Positions 12,451 to 26,311 of a stretch of DNA of 64,000 bases are shown here, in pieces. The first letter of the stretch is position 1. The number at the start of each line of letters is the position of its first letter. Under the pieces are notes generated by a model that ran no database searches, had not been told where the DNA came from, and saw only the letters and a program-made list of their open reading frames with translations. The translations under genes were made by a program, and so were the position numbers. The stretch spans positions 83,142,001 through 83,206,000 of the forward strand of contig OX597814.1 of the NCBI GenBank assembly GCA_951406725.2. Direction: 5' to 3'. Source of the stretch: Octopus vulgaris. Lineage: Eukaryota.

Positions 12451-13199
12451 TTTGTTGTTAGTGTATAGACTCAAGGTTTGCTAGTTTATAACATGTGTTT
12501 CCAATTAAAACATGCAATTCTCTTTGGTTTGTTATTATTTTTATTTTTCACTTTATTGGAAATAGTTACTACTGGAAACTAAAGTTCATGACTGTGTTTG
12601 GTTATCTTACTATTTTAGTTTTAAACCCATCATCTGGGACTATGTGAGTCAGTACATGCTATTTGTAGTATTAGAAGTTATGTTTAATTTGCAGCTTTAG
12701 TTTGATGTATGTTTCATGTGCTTTCCATAGCCTGGTCAAAGAAGACAAAGCAGCACCTACAACCTTACGCAGATCTCCAAGACTGGGAGGAAAACTGGAG
12801 AAAATTTCTTTCAGGCCAGAGCCTTGACCAGGATGCTTGCATCGGTGTAACTTTACTAGAAGTATCCCAGGGCCTGGTGGAGATACTTTACCACACAACA
12901 GATTAAGTCTACCACCTAGTAATAAGTATAGTCTATATGATAGGCTTCTGCACAGTTTCACTTACAAAAGAGGTTGATATGAGGCTTTGGTTGAAGACAC
13001 TTGCTCCAGGATTCAACATGTTTGAATCACACGATTGTAAATCAAACTTCTTAATCACACACCTATGTTTGACATGAACAATATATTTCTCTTTCATCTT
13101 TTCCTACAAAGCTCAGGCTCCACAATCATAAGGAAATAAGGAATTTGAGTATGTTTTCCCAAGAAATTTACAATAAATTACAACTGAAGCGTGGAAAAC

Positions 13200-13380
13200 C
13201 TCTGTGCAGTTGCTTGGCCTATGCGATGTAATCTTCTTCCAATTATACCTTATTATATTCAAACAGAGAAGTATATATTAGATAATAGTAGTCCTAGATA
13301 TTCCTAAAAAGATGGAATGGTTAGAATTGATCATAGGTCTGCTGGATCAAGCTTCACCTGGGGTTGAACAACACTAGCAA
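13200..13380 (+). mobile_element. Repeat family D (other copies ~15290-15480 -, 30900-31090 -, 31600-31790 +, 34510-34700 +, 35030-35200 +, 42765-42960 +, 51785-51960 +, 60760-60945 +)
   Basis: Recurrent core gataatgtagtcctagata...tttgatcataggtctgct.gatca..gct.acctgggg.taaacaac seen in many diverged copies. Confidence 0.7.
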
Positions 13381-13723
13381 CCAGTTTAGTATATGTAAGC
13401 ATATGTAATGTCTATGGTATTTATATGCTTAAACAATATTTAGCTATACTTTAAATTAAAATTATAATCTGGAATGTTTTTGGTAAGCCACAGGATCACT
13501 TTTCTACAAGTAATTTCAAAAACTTCCTAACTTCTTCATTATGAAGAGCTGTGGTTATCACATGACTTGCCAAAAGTAGCAGGATGTGTAACTGAAATAA
13601 ATATAATATTTGGCTTAACAAGACATTAACTAGACATTTCAATATGTTGTAAATATATAATATTCTTTCATGTAATAAACTATTATCAGAGAGAGAGAGA
13701 GCTCTGGGAGTCAAGAGTACTGA

Positions 13724-13916
13724 TTAGCTAAATTTTTTGATGCCATCCTGTACAAGTGTGTATCCTGTACTAAACATTTTGACCAAACCTTTATTCTCAG
13801 AAATGCAACTTTCTGAAATTCCCTTCTCATCCATATTTTTATTACAGTCATCAATAGCAGAAATCAATGCATTAACCTCTTCAGTCTCAAGAAGTTGCAA
13901 AATAATAAGATTGCCT
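13724..13916 (-). CDS. Candidate terminal coding exon of an unidentified gene: GNLIILQLLETEEVNALISAIDDCNKNMDEKGISESCISENKGLVKMFSTGYTLVQDGIKKFS*
   Basis: Strong acceptor (T-tract tttttttttttctgtttttaacattatag), phase 2, 63 open codons of non-repetitive sequence ending in TAA; not in the ORF track. Confidence 0.55.
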
Positions 13917-14371
13917 CTATAATGTTAAAAACAGAAAAAAAAAAAAAGATTCAACCAGCTTGTTATATCAACGTTAAAAGGATTAATGAGCAATATAACA
14001 CATTTTGAAAAATGTATAAGCTAATGAACAAATACAATAATACATCTGACTTTATAAGATATATAAATTTACACAGCTGTTCATTAATATCTGATTGTCT
14101 CCCTAAATTCAATAACATTGAATAAGATATATTTAAATGATATATGAACTAATATTTGTTTCAATAATCTAATATAAGAGTATCACTAACAGATTTTCAT
14201 TCAATTAGAAGTTAAATACAACAAGTTACTAGATTTTATAGAAGCCTGACTAAATATTTCACATCAGTAAGTTTATCAATCATTTGAAGCTGATGCATTA
14301 GATTTGAATAGAAGGCAATCTTGTGTTCAGTGGTGGTTAAAATATTGTATTCTGAGGTGACATGTTTTCAG

Positions 14372-14500
14372 TTTACAATGGATAATATAAACTATCAAGT
14401 GGCAAAGGCTGTTGTTTGTTTGGCAGCAAATCATACAGATGTTTCACTGATGGATATGCAATTATATTTCAATGATGAAGAACGTAATGCATTCAAGAGT
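14372..14500 (+). CDS. Candidate internal exon: FTMDNINYQVAKAVVCLAANHTDVSLMDMQLYFNDEERNAFKS
   Basis: tgttttcag acceptor, gtatgt donor, 129 nt, phase 0-0, open frame with protein-like composition; family not recognised. Confidence 0.5.
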
Positions 14501-15572
14501 GTATGTGGAAGCCTGCAAATGTTGTCATCATCATTATCATTAACTACAATACTGCAACCATCACTACCATCATTATTATCATTATCTTCTTTACCTGTAT
14601 TAGCAAAGTTGTCATCATAGTAGTGATCCTTGTTACTGTAGTCATCATAAATTTATTCATTCATAGTTGTTTTTCTTCAATTCACTTTTAACAAGTCTAC
14701 ATTTATATGATTCTTATCTTTTATTTTTTTAGTGAGATTAATAGGATAAATTCTAGATCGAAATAAGGCATGAGATACTGGGATTCATATTTCATTTGAA
14801 TTGTTGCTGGTTAATAGTTTAAAAAAATTTGATTAGGAACTGGGATGCTTATAAAAATACAGCTTAGATAAACTGATCAGTACAGAAGCAGAAAGAGAAA
14901 ATAATATAATTCCCAGAACTTCATTTTAATCAGATCTTTGAAAGTAAGAACAGAAAATGTGTCTTAATCTTGGGACAACATAACTAATATAAAGATAGGT
15001 TAATTAAAATTAATATGTTGATTGAACAATGCCTAATCGACTTGCCAGATATTTTATAATAAAGTTCATCTCAACTTAGTCTGATCTTCATTATTTCTTT
15101 TTATACATGAAGCTTTAAAAAATTCCATTATTTATTTTTCATTAGTTAATTAATCTGGTTTGTCTCTAATTGGTCTTCCTTCTTCTATTCATTCACATTA
15201 CTGATCATATATCTTCAGTCCCATTGGTGAAGCTAATCGTACAAGAATACTCAAAGAATCTGAGTTAGAAATAAATTGTTATTATTTAGGCACCCAAGTC
15301 AGTGTTGACCACACAGGCCTACAATCGAAACATTTGAGCCTGACTACTCCATCATATTTTCAGGTACTGTGTCCAGGACTACATTATCCATTGTCCTCTT
15401 CTTGAAATGATAAGATGTGGTTTGAGAGGAATTTGGCTGCTACTTCTGTTGAGTTAAGCAAATGCATAAAGTGTCCTTCATTAGTTCATGAAGAGCAGAT
15501 CACACCTACAAAGCCTGATTCCTAACAATACATACTGTGTACTTAGTACAAAAAAGTTATCTCCTGTTTCAG

Positions 15573-15616
15573 CCATTAATTGGTCATGACCTTTGCTGGT
15601 TGTATCATATAGATGT
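15573..15616 (+). CDS. Candidate small exon PLIGHDLCWLYHID(V)
   Basis: ctcctgtttcag acceptor, gtaagt donor; only frame 0 is open, phase-compatible with 14372-14500. Confidence 0.35.
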
Positions 15617-16289
15617 GTAAGTATATAGTGGATTAAGAACAACTAGTTCACTATAACTATACAGTAGTAATAGTATACTTAAGTTGAACAGTTACTAGTG
15701 CTACTTCAATTATCTATAGTCTCTTGGCTTCGAATATGTGAGCTTGTGTCTGCATGTACAAATGTGCATATGACTATATTTATATTTACTGTGCATATAT
15801 AATTGTACATTCAAGGTTATGAGTATTCTGTATGTGTCAAAATGTGATAGAGAAGAAGAGTAAACTATATATAGAGAGAAATGGCTTAACAGTATGTATA
15901 AGAGCAAAAGTATGTATGTTTGTGCATATACAGATATGATGTTGTCATTTAAATTCTGTATGGAATATTTCCATATAATCTCCAAAGAGGATTAGCTCAC
16001 AAAAGAATGTGGAAGATTTTCTTTATCCTTTCACTTTAATCCAATATATATTATAATTCAAACACTGAAATATTTAGTTTCATAATACTTAATAGGTAAA
16101 TTTCCTAGAATAAAATTCATTTTCCTGATATTGGACTTTTCTGGCATTTGATAGTTTGATTGCATGTTTAGATCTTCATGGCTTTCGTGCCTCGACTGTC
16201 TCTTTTGAATTTCTTTGAACCTTGAACCTCAATTTTCCCTATAGAATATCTTTTTATGTTCTCATATAATATACACACATACAAATTAA

Positions 16290-16341
16290 CAATATATATA
16301 TATATATACACATACAATTTAATAATAATGTATATGTATGC

Positions 16342-16398
<57 letters not shown>

Positions 16399-16870
16399 TG
16401 TATGTATGTATGTATGTATGTATGTATGAATGTATATATGTATGTAAGTCTATAAGTATGAATGTATATATGTATGTATATATGTATGTATGTATATAAG
16501 TATGAATGTATATAAGTATGAATGTATATATGTATGAATGTATATATGTATGTATGTATATATATATATATGTATGTATATATGTATGCATGTATATATG
16601 TATGTATATATGTATGTATATATGTATGTATATATGTATGTATATATATGTATATGTATGTATATATATATGTATGTGTGTATGAGTATATGTATATACA
16701 TGTATATGTATGTACATATTGTGATATTGTGTATGTATGTGTGCCTATGTATATATATATGTGGATATATATATATATATATGTTTGTATATTTATGTGT
16801 GTGTGTTTGTGCATATATATATGTATGTATATGTGTGTGTGTGTATATACATATATATCTATATATATTG
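16290..16870. repeat. Large compound (TA)n/(TATG)n/(TG)n microsatellite array
   Basis: Direct inspection; it explains all ORF-track entries at 16254-17005. Confidence 0.98.
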
Positions 16871-16975
16871 TTATATATTTGTTACACAAAGCATGCCACC
16901 TTTGCAGATCAACTCCTGAGACATGCATTAAAAGGAATATATAAACTTGACTTATATAAATACATGTGTGTATGT

Positions 16976-17006
<31 letters not shown>

Positions 17007-17404
17007 TGACTTGGGAGACTGAATGGACTGAAATGGCCATTCATTTTTGGATGAGTTATCATTTCACAGATGTCATTCTTTACTATCATAAAGTGCAATA
17101 AATGTTTTATCACTGTATATCATTGCACAAATGACTAAATTTGTATATGGTTTCTGTTACTAGTGAAGTTATCTTGAGTCAAGCAGATTCATTTGTCTTG
17201 TGATATCTATAACTGGGCTATAGCAGCTACTGAACAGAAATCAACTGTAGCATAATGCAATGGGTTTAGATTGCGAACTTGTTTGAGAAGTTGATACTGA
17301 ATGAGCTTAATTTGTGATCAGCTGGTGCAAGTACAATGGCTACATTGATGTAAACATATTTTGTGTATGTATGAAGCATACTGGTGAACAAAGTTTATGA
17401 ATTC

Positions 17405-17740
17405 ATTATCATCATCATCTAATATTCACTTTTCCATGCTTCCATGGGTCAGGCAGAAATTTTGGGTTGAGGCAGATTTTCTGTGGCCAACCTTCACTTT
17501 ACAACCACTACATGATGTCAAGACAAGAGAACATGTACATCCCCATGTACATGCATGTGCAGATATACACACATACACATAACAGGCTTCTTTCAGTTTC
17601 CATCTACCAAATCTACTCAAGAGGCTTTGGTTGCCCTGGAGTCAAAGTAGAAGACACTTATCATAGGTGTTGTGCAATGGTGCTGACCCCAAGATCATAG
17701 GATTGGGGAGCAAACTTCTGAACCACATGGCCACACTTGT
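17405..17740 (-). mobile_element. SINE family B copy
   Basis: Same head plus RTE-tail layout as 12036-12450. Confidence 0.75.
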
Positions 17741-18001
17741 TACCTCTTGTAGTAGAAGTAGAATCTGTGGGATTTATAAATTTGGGCAAGGGTAATGTCC
17801 CTCCATTTGTTCCTTCCAATAAAAATTTATTTGTCAACTTTTAAGACTGAGCTCAAGTATGCATTATTGGGCATGATTTCATTTGTGACAAAAGCAGGCA
17901 GCCATGTGATTTTGTGTTTACAGTTGAAAATTATTTTGTTTCTGCCATTTAGCAAGCCATTAACACAAAATCATGTGGTTATCTGATTTTGTATCTTACA
18001 G

Positions 18002-18037
18002 AGTATATAACAGAATCATGCCTGTGGAATTGTAATT
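18002..18037 (+). CDS. Candidate 36-nt exon (x)YITESCLWNCN
   Basis: ctgattttgtatcttacag acceptor, gtgagt donor; open only as phase 1-1. Confidence 0.25.
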
Positions 18038-18539
18038 GTGAGTTAATACCTCAAATAAATAAATCAGACTAAATGAGAGAAAAAATACGTTAGGAGCTTT
18101 CTCCACACAAACTTGGAAGTTTGATGGGTTGAAATATTTGATACTCCTCACATACAATTCATTTATTTGTTTAATGAGCTTCTTTTTATGTTTAGGTCTG
18201 GATAGTAAGTTATCTGAGGCAGGTGTTCACAACCAGATGCTCTTGTTACCGACCAGTATCTATATTTTTAAGTTGAGGACTTTTATATCACAGATCATCA
18301 AAAGCACAGAGATACCTTAGCAATGACAACAAAGAATACCAACATCAACACTACCTTGCTCAAGTAGTGACAGCATAGAATATACTTATATACACATATT
18401 TGTGCACATGCAATAAGCTTCTTGCAGTTTTTGTCTACCAAATTTCCCCACAAGACATTTGTCAGCCTAGAGCTGCAGAAAATATTTACCCAAAGTAGAG
18501 ACTAAACATGAAACCGTATGGTTGTGAAGCAAAAATGTC

Positions 18540-18759
18540 TTTTATTATTCTTTTATTTTTTACAGATTTTAGTCATTTAACTGCTGCCTTGCTGAGGTGC
18601 TACTGTCTTCAAAAGTTTAGTTGATCATATAAGCCCTAGTATTTATTTCAGTATTTTATCAACCACCTTTTTCTGAACTGCTAATGTATGATGCAAAAAG
18701 GGATACCACATAAATACAACACCAATTTTACTGGTGTAAACATAGATACAATTACATGA

Positions 18760-18811
<52 letters not shown>

Positions 18812-18950
18812 GACTTCCACACAATATCTCTGTACCAAATTCTGCTCGCAAAACATTGGTCAACCCAAGGCCAACCCAAAGAAGACATTTGTCTAAGGTT
18901 CTGGGTTGAGGATTGAAATTAGAACCATGTGGTTCTAAAGTAAACTTCTT
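18540..18950 (-). mobile_element. Old SINE family A copy (extra head fragment at 18410-18535)
   Basis: Diverged match to 7508-7885 with central (TA)n. Confidence 0.75.
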
Positions 18951-19699
18951 ATCTTTTTTGATATTAAAGAAATATATATATAAATTCTAACAATAGATAA
19001 AGAAAGTTTTATAGGAGAATTCAAAGCTATTATTGCCAAGTTTATGATAATCCAATCCAAAATCCAGTCTTCAGTTATGATACACTGTTAACAATAATGA
19101 TATAACATGGGTTTAAAAATTTAAATGTCTTCCAGATACATTTTAGTTCTTATCATTCATCTCTCCTAAATATCTTGTCTTAGATATTATAATATCAAAA
19201 GGATAGATGATCAAATGATAATTCTCAGCATCTGTGGATTTTATAGCCAATAATTGTAATTTCCAAAAGAAATAAAGACTGGTTTTGACATTCCAAATGT
19301 GTAAGTGAGATGAGATTTTACAAATACATTAAAGTTAAGCATAAACAGATATACATGGACACGCGCGCACAAAAGGAAATATGTTTATTGTACTACACTA
19401 TTCTGTTAGTATTAGACAAAAATAGAATAACTGTTTTAAAATGTAAACTAGACACATGTTCATTTGCAATTGAATATATCTGCATATACAAATAATTTGT
19501 ATTCTATAAATGTATTGAGTTCTCTTTTTTACACTTCTTATTACAGTATTGTGTTTTAGCTTATCTAAATGTTCATATATGCAATGTGTGTATGAGTGCT
19601 TTAATTCTTTCTATGAAGATAGGGCTGATTTCTGACTAGGAAATAAAGTTCTGTCATTGGAATATAGATAACAGCAACAATAAAGAACTATATGCTGAT

Positions 19700-20260
19700 A
19701 ATTTTAGAAAAAGACTATTGCAATATTTTCATTATTCCACTCACTGGCTATATTTGTTGAGTATGTTTTAAGTAATCTTTTTCTTTGCTTGTAATATATA
19801 ACTAGAGTGTGTGAATGAATATAATATGAATCGTAAATTTATCATGTAGCAAGTAAGTTTGTAAACTTTGAAGCGGTTGTCAATATTTGTTCTATTCACT
19901 CATTTTTAATGAACAGTCCGCATCTGTTTGGCAGCTGACCTCCACAACAGTACGTAATTTTGCTTTGTCTCAGGATGGCTGTGTTTGCATTTGCTGGAAA
20001 TTTTAGTTTGAAATGTGCCTCTAATATACCTTGTATTGCAGTGTATAGATTGTACATGTCACAAATATTGTTTACATTTGAACTATGATAGGCTTCCTAC
20101 AGATGGCTTGTGTAATGTTTTGAATATAGGCAGCATAGGATGGCATTTGGTATCTTGATGACATTTTTAGCTAGCTTCTGGTCACACATATAATGTCTTT
20201 TAACGCTTTGCAGCATAATTGACATTTTTGGTTGTATCTTTAGGGTTTCAGAGTTTCAGT
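19700..20260 (-). mobile_element. R4/Dong-clade LINE 3' remnant (zinc knuckle plus restriction-like endonuclease)
   Basis: Minus strand gives KCQLCCKALKDIICVTRS*LKMSSRYQMP and KLRTVVEVSCQTDADCSLKMSE, matching the CCHC and VVEVSCP motifs of R4/Dong. Confidence 0.7.
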
Positions 20261-21249
20261 ATCTCTTTAGTTCAACAGAATTTAATTAGAGTTTTTTGGT
20301 ATTTGGCTGTTTGCAAAAACATAACCTTTAAGATATAATGTGATCTAGAAGTCACAAGTTGAAGAGAAGCTATTTTCTCAGGTTTTTAAATCATATTAAT
20401 GCACAACCTTTTGTTGGAATACAGAGTATTTTATGTTGAGGCCTTTATTGATTTGTTTTCTTCAGTTTCCAGTAGGTGGGTGAGGAATCTGTTTTTATTA
20501 CTGAAGATAATATTTGAGTTAACACTCAAAAACTGATAAAAATGATCATATATTTTTCCTCGATTTTACTTCCAAGATAAAACCTGTTACTATTATGAGT
20601 ATTGGTATAGCTTCCATAAAAATATATTCATAGTTTATAGATGTTCATCATAAATATCTTTTCCTGATATGTCTATACTAAGTACTCTAAGATATATTAA
20701 TCAACATATACAGTACTATAGATTTATTACTGCTGATTGGTTTTGCTCCAGATATTAGATAACAGGGAGTTTACCTAACACACATGCTTTTCAGGGATGG
20801 CAAAAATACTAATTAGTATAAATTTACATCATTCTGCATTCAAATGTTACATTTTATCTCTTCTAGTTCAAATCCTACCATGGTTAACTTTGCATTTCAT
20901 TGTTCAAAAGTCAATAAAGGACCACTCAAGTTGTTGAATCAAGACACACACATCTGCATGCGTTTGTAAATTTGTATGTGTATCTCTCTATCTACTTGTG
21001 TGTGTGTGTGTGTGCACATACAAACACACACACACACACATACACATATATACACATGTATTTATTTTGCTTGTAAAATGTAAATGTAATCAAGTAAACA
21101 TGCCCAACTTGATATAGGTATAACTTATTGATAATTCTAGTATCTACAGCAAGTAACTTTTATTCTGAAAGGCCAATTCAATACATGTCAATGACCCCTC
21201 ATGAATCAATTGTATATATTATAGTATAATATAGAAATATTCAGAAATA

Positions 21250-21286
<37 letters not shown>

Positions 21287-21610
21287 TATCTTTTACTTGA
21301 TTGTAGTACTTTTTGTTTTTTAAGCCTGTTACTTATTCTATTGGTCTCTTTCACTGAACCACTGAGATACAGGGATGTAAACACTCCAATACTGGTTGTC
21401 AAGCAGTGGTGGGGGACAAAAACAGATACAAAGACACACACACATACATGATAGGCTTTCAGTTTCCATCTGCCAACTCTACTTAGAAGTCTTTGGTTGG
21501 CCAAGGCTATTGTAGAAGACACTTGCCCAAGATGCCATACAGTGGGACTGAAACCAGAACCATGTGACTGGGAAGCAAACGGTTTACCACCACGCAGCTA
21601 TCCCTATGCA
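21287..21610 (-). mobile_element. SINE family A copy
   Basis: Colinear with 7508-7885. Confidence 0.85.
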
Positions 21611-23704
21611 TGGGTGGGTGTGTGTGTGTGTGTGTGTGTGAAGTGAAAAATGTTTTCATGAATTTCCAAGATGAAAATACAAGAAAACTGTAGAAATACT
21701 GTCTCCTTTGCCAAGAATTTTCAGTGAAGGAATGACTGCCAAAACAAGAATGAGACTATGCTCTCTTTCTCTCTCAAAACATAAATTAGGCAAAGAATAA
21801 GAACTCTGTATGAGACATTCAGGTATAAAAATATATGTATATGTGTCAGTAATAGATTGATAGATAGAGGGAAAGAGAGAGAGAGAGAGAGAGAGCGAGA
21901 TACACAGTCTAACTCAGGTTAAACAATGACTTACTTTCCATAACACTAAAATCAGTGACTGTTCATTACTTTAAACAATATTATTTCACAGAATTTATCT
22001 ATATCATTTATCTATTGTTATTTATAATTTCTCTGAAATTGTCTAATACTGTATTATATTTCTCATGTAATATTGTATAATTTGAATAAGGTTTAACGGC
22101 TTTTTTTTCCTTTTTAAAACAAAGTAAACAGAGTGACTATATTTCTTGCAGCTGTGTTTCTGCCAAATTACCCCTCTCTCTCTTTCTCTCTCTCTCTTTC
22201 TTTCTTTCTCTCTCTCTCTCTCTCTCTTTTCCTGTCTATCTAATCTATCTTTCACACTCTCTCTTTTGCATTGTCTCTCTTTTACACTTCTATTTTGTCT
22301 TTTTTATCTATCCATCTATTCATTCATTCATTATTGTCTCACCCAATTCCTTTCAGTTTTGCATTTTTACACAAACTTTTCATTGCTTTTGTTTTCTGTT
22401 TCTTACTCTTTTTCTCCTTAACCAAATACAGAAGTTGATGAAACCTAAAGAATAACAAACTTCAAACCAGAATAACTGTCTCCACCTTCCCTTCTCTCAA
22501 CCCACACTCTATAAACACTTACTTTCTCTCTTCCTATCTTTCTCCATCTGCACCTCACTTCCTACACAGAAATCAGCAATTCAAGTTAACAGCAACATGA
22601 TAGATAAAGCAATCAAGGACAGGAAAAGAAGAAAAGCTGCAAAATATCCAGTGTGTTAGGGTACATGATGACCTCCAAGATAGTTAATTAAGTTATACAC
22701 AAAGGAGCCACACCCAATGAATGGTGCTGCTTTATATATCATGCCTTCATTGGTTAGTTTCTTTGTTATATTATAGAAACCGAGAAGTGGTTGTTAGCCC
22801 CTCACTCAACCCTTCTCCTTTTCTAGAGAAAGGGATTCAATGAGTGGTCTCCTACAATTCTTTTTACATCACAACATAGCCAATTCAGAGAGAAAGAGAA
22901 ATGAGGGAAAAGGAGAGAGTGTGGATGCATGAGAAAAATCCCACTCTAATTATTGAATACAACTATTTTTATTAACTCCTAATGATGAAAGACAAAGTTG
23001 AGCTCAGTGAGCCTTGAACTCAGAGTGCAGAAGGCCAGGGCAAATACTCCAGAGTACTGTATGCAGCACTCTCTTGACTCTGTGTGTGTGTTTCTTCATC
23101 ATTATTTTACATTCACTTTCCGTACTAATGGGTTGGACAATTTGTTACAATCTGACTTGGTCCTTATTTAGAGTTACTACCTTCCTAGAAAACATAGGGA
23201 AACACTTCTCACTTATTTAGATTTGTTGTGATTGCTGGATGCCTTTTCTGTTACCAACCACCTCACAGAGTGTATTTTATTGTGGCACCAGAACTTTAGT
23301 AAGACTAAAAGGTTCTTTCAAAACTACATCATTTCTGCTCATTTGTTTGCTACACTGCAGTGTTAGTGTGTAAATGTGTAATATATTTATATCTGTCTGT
23401 CTCTCTCTCTCTCTCTTTATATATATATATATGCATATCAGATTGTTTTGAGTGCTACTGGTATATGGAATCCAGTACAACCTATTATATGGTCATTTTC
23501 TCATGAACTAAACTGGTATCTCCACCAAGATATTCTAGAAACCCAGCAGAACAACAACACGTATCTAAAAGATGGACAAATCCAGCATAAAGTCAATAAC
23601 TATCTATCAGAGTACAGAAACAAATAATTAACATTGTGAATGTGTACAATGTTAAACCACTTTGAGACTGATAGACTCATACATCTGTCTATGAGAGAGA
23701 TAAT

Positions 23705-23865
23705 TTTCATTAGCCAGTTCCACCCTCTCACACCTACCTACAATGTTATTCTAACAATAAACAATCACATCATTGAAATTTTGAAGCTCAAGGTATTACA
23801 TGATTAATTGAAAACAATGTGAATATATTAGCATTACATTTGACTGAGTAATCTGCATGCTAAAG
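23705..23865 (-). mobile_element. Partial MITE-like repeat, same family as 52310-52512
   Basis: Reverse complement tttagcatgcagattactcagtcaaatgtaatgct... aligns with 52311 onward. Confidence 0.65.
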
Positions 23866-24629
23866 TCAATTTCTAACAGACTGGGTTTCCAGTAGCATCC
23901 TGCAATGGGAAGGGGCTACCAGTCGTCAATTTTGTCATAGTAAAAATCATGATATTATGATACTAGAAAGTGTACACCTCCAGTATCATTATTAGGCCTC
24001 ACTGTGCTGGTATCTCTTGCAATATGAATCATGCGTCTTGGGTCTAGGGCTGGTTGTTGTTAAGAGGCACTTAAAAGAATGTCATCACTTGTTCATGAAA
24101 TCTTATCAAAGATTGAAACTAGTTTAGTTGATTTCTATTTTGCAGTCCATGAGAAAATTGTATAAACAAAGACAGTTGTTTACAACTATCCAGTGTATTT
24201 AATTAATTTACACATGCAGCGGTGATTTAATTTATGTTTCTTCTGTATATTATATTCTGACATATTTGTATATAACTATGTGTGTATGTATATACATATA
24301 CACCTACACAAACAAACTTTTAATGACTTTTATAAACACATGTATGTATATATTTGTGTGTGTATAAGTGCATTTCTGATTATGTGCATGCAAGTGTATT
24401 CAAGTGCATGCATGTGTACATGTGCATGTATGCACACATACATGTGTACATATAAATGTGATGGCTTTGTTTAGTATATATATATATCCTCAAACTTCTG
24501 TTTGCCTTGCTAAATTGAAATTTCTTGAGAGGAATATCCTACTGGCATTATTTATTATACTATCTAATTGAAAAGTAGTTTTGATCTGGAATCCTGCTAT
24601 TGCTGACTTTATTTCAACGGCATTCTACC

Positions 24630-24920
24630 TGTTATTGATTGTGGAGATGCAGACTAGGTAGCATGCAATCATCTTGAAAAGCAAGAAGCAATATTTTATA
24701 TTCTTTGTTCAATTGTTGTTGATGTATAACCCTGGGTTGGCCATGATATAGCATACCTGGTACATAGATGATCAGATGACTAGATATAACTTGCCTCCAT
24801 CTCTGCTGCACAATTTGGCATGCAGTGTTTACTTGTACAAGATGCAGTTTGCTGCTGTTTTCCAATGTCAACTTTGTTTCTCTGTCTGTTGGCTTTGGAG
24901 TCAAGTCTGGATATATTCAA
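24630..24920 (-). mobile_element. Decayed RTE/RTE-X LINE C-terminal remnant
   Basis: IVQQRWRQVISSHLIIYVPGMLYHGQPRVIHQQQL resembles the IRQRR..ASxLILWxP..RGRPxxTYxDQL end of RTE-X ORFs; weak match. Confidence 0.4.
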
Positions 24921-25536
24921 AGTACAAAATTGTTGTTTTTCACAAACAGTTATAACCACTTGTGATTATAATCACAAATGAGATTACTGATGCCAGTCTC
25001 TTTAGTGTTTGACTTGTTGGATTTAGCACCGAAAAATTTCCTCAAATCATCCTAACATCTTAAAATGAAGATATACTGAACCAAATTAGTCAGGTGATAA
25101 TATGTGTGTTTATATCTGGATGAATTTGATTATTCAAAAATCTGCATAAATTGTTAGAGCAAGTATAATTTTATACCTCATGTGAATCATTTTTAAATCA
25201 GATGTTTCTACAAGAGAAATCTCCCTAATATACTCCAATTGCTGACCCACATGTGTTGTCTTCTCTCTGTCTTTTCTACTGTAACTACAGTAGCCTCTTC
25301 AATTTTGACCTGGAGACTCTCATGGCATCTCCATTCAAGAATTCCTCACTCACTAATCTTCCCACTCATCTCCCATGTTGTACCTCCCCCACCTTTCAGA
25401 AGCTACATTAACCATTACACCCATTCCTTTTTCTCCAGGAAATTTGTCCCACTGTACATGTTATTCTTATAGTCTTGCAGGTCCCCTAGAGGAACATTGT
25501 ATTAATCTCACCACTCTCTGAATGTTTGTCATTGAC

Positions 25537-25761
25537 CAGTGTTCCTCAACCAATTTTTGCCTATAGACCCCTTTGATTACTATTTTACTCTGCTAAACCC
25601 TAATAAACATTCTATGTTTTAAAAAGTCTCATTATATTTTTATAATTAAATATCATTAGCGATTGTATAAAAAAATTGTTAAAATATTTTGCATTTTATA
25701 GAATTATAGCACATAAATTTTAACAGCAAAATCTTATGTGGACCCCAGTAGAGAACCACTG
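25537..25761. mobile_element. hAT (Charlie-like) MITE
   Basis: TIRs cagtgttcctcaac / gtagagaaccactg; degenerate 8-bp TSD tcattgac / gcatagac. Confidence 0.8.
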
Positions 25762-26311
25762 GCATAGACCAGAGAAGTAGAAGGTATTATAGGCATACTA
25801 AAAGAAACCTTGAGACAATACTCTGATGATGATAAGCCAGTTATTGTACAGAGTGTGTGAATGAAAGTTTATACTTGATATGGATTCATTTGTAACTTCT
25901 TTTTAAACTCTTGGAAAATATTTCAAAATATTATTTTTAAGAATCTTTTACTTAGAGCAGATTTGTGTATTTAAGAGTATAGAATTTTTAGATTTTACCT
26001 GGTAATATACTGTATATTTTTGTCACTAATGTGTTTTCAGAGTATTATATAATATGCTATTCAAATTTTATTGACAGTTGTAAACTCATCAAACTGTGCG
26101 GCATATCAAACTAGACAAATCTTTTTGTATTGAAATTGTATTTTATGGAATATAATAACATTTCAAAAGCTTAAATAAGTGTGTGTTAGTGTATATATAT
26201 ATATATACATATATGAATAATGTGTGTGCATGTGCATCTATATAGATAATAAATGACCTGATTCAGTGTGAAATGTTTCTCACATTGTAGTTAAGAAACT
26301 GCTTATAAATA

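Noticed and set aside
16254-17005. Long Y/I/H/T- and M/Y/V/C-rich ORFs up to 224 aa (also 63019-63372 and 40329-40523)
   Set aside because: Translations of TA/TG/TATG microsatellites, which lack stop codons.
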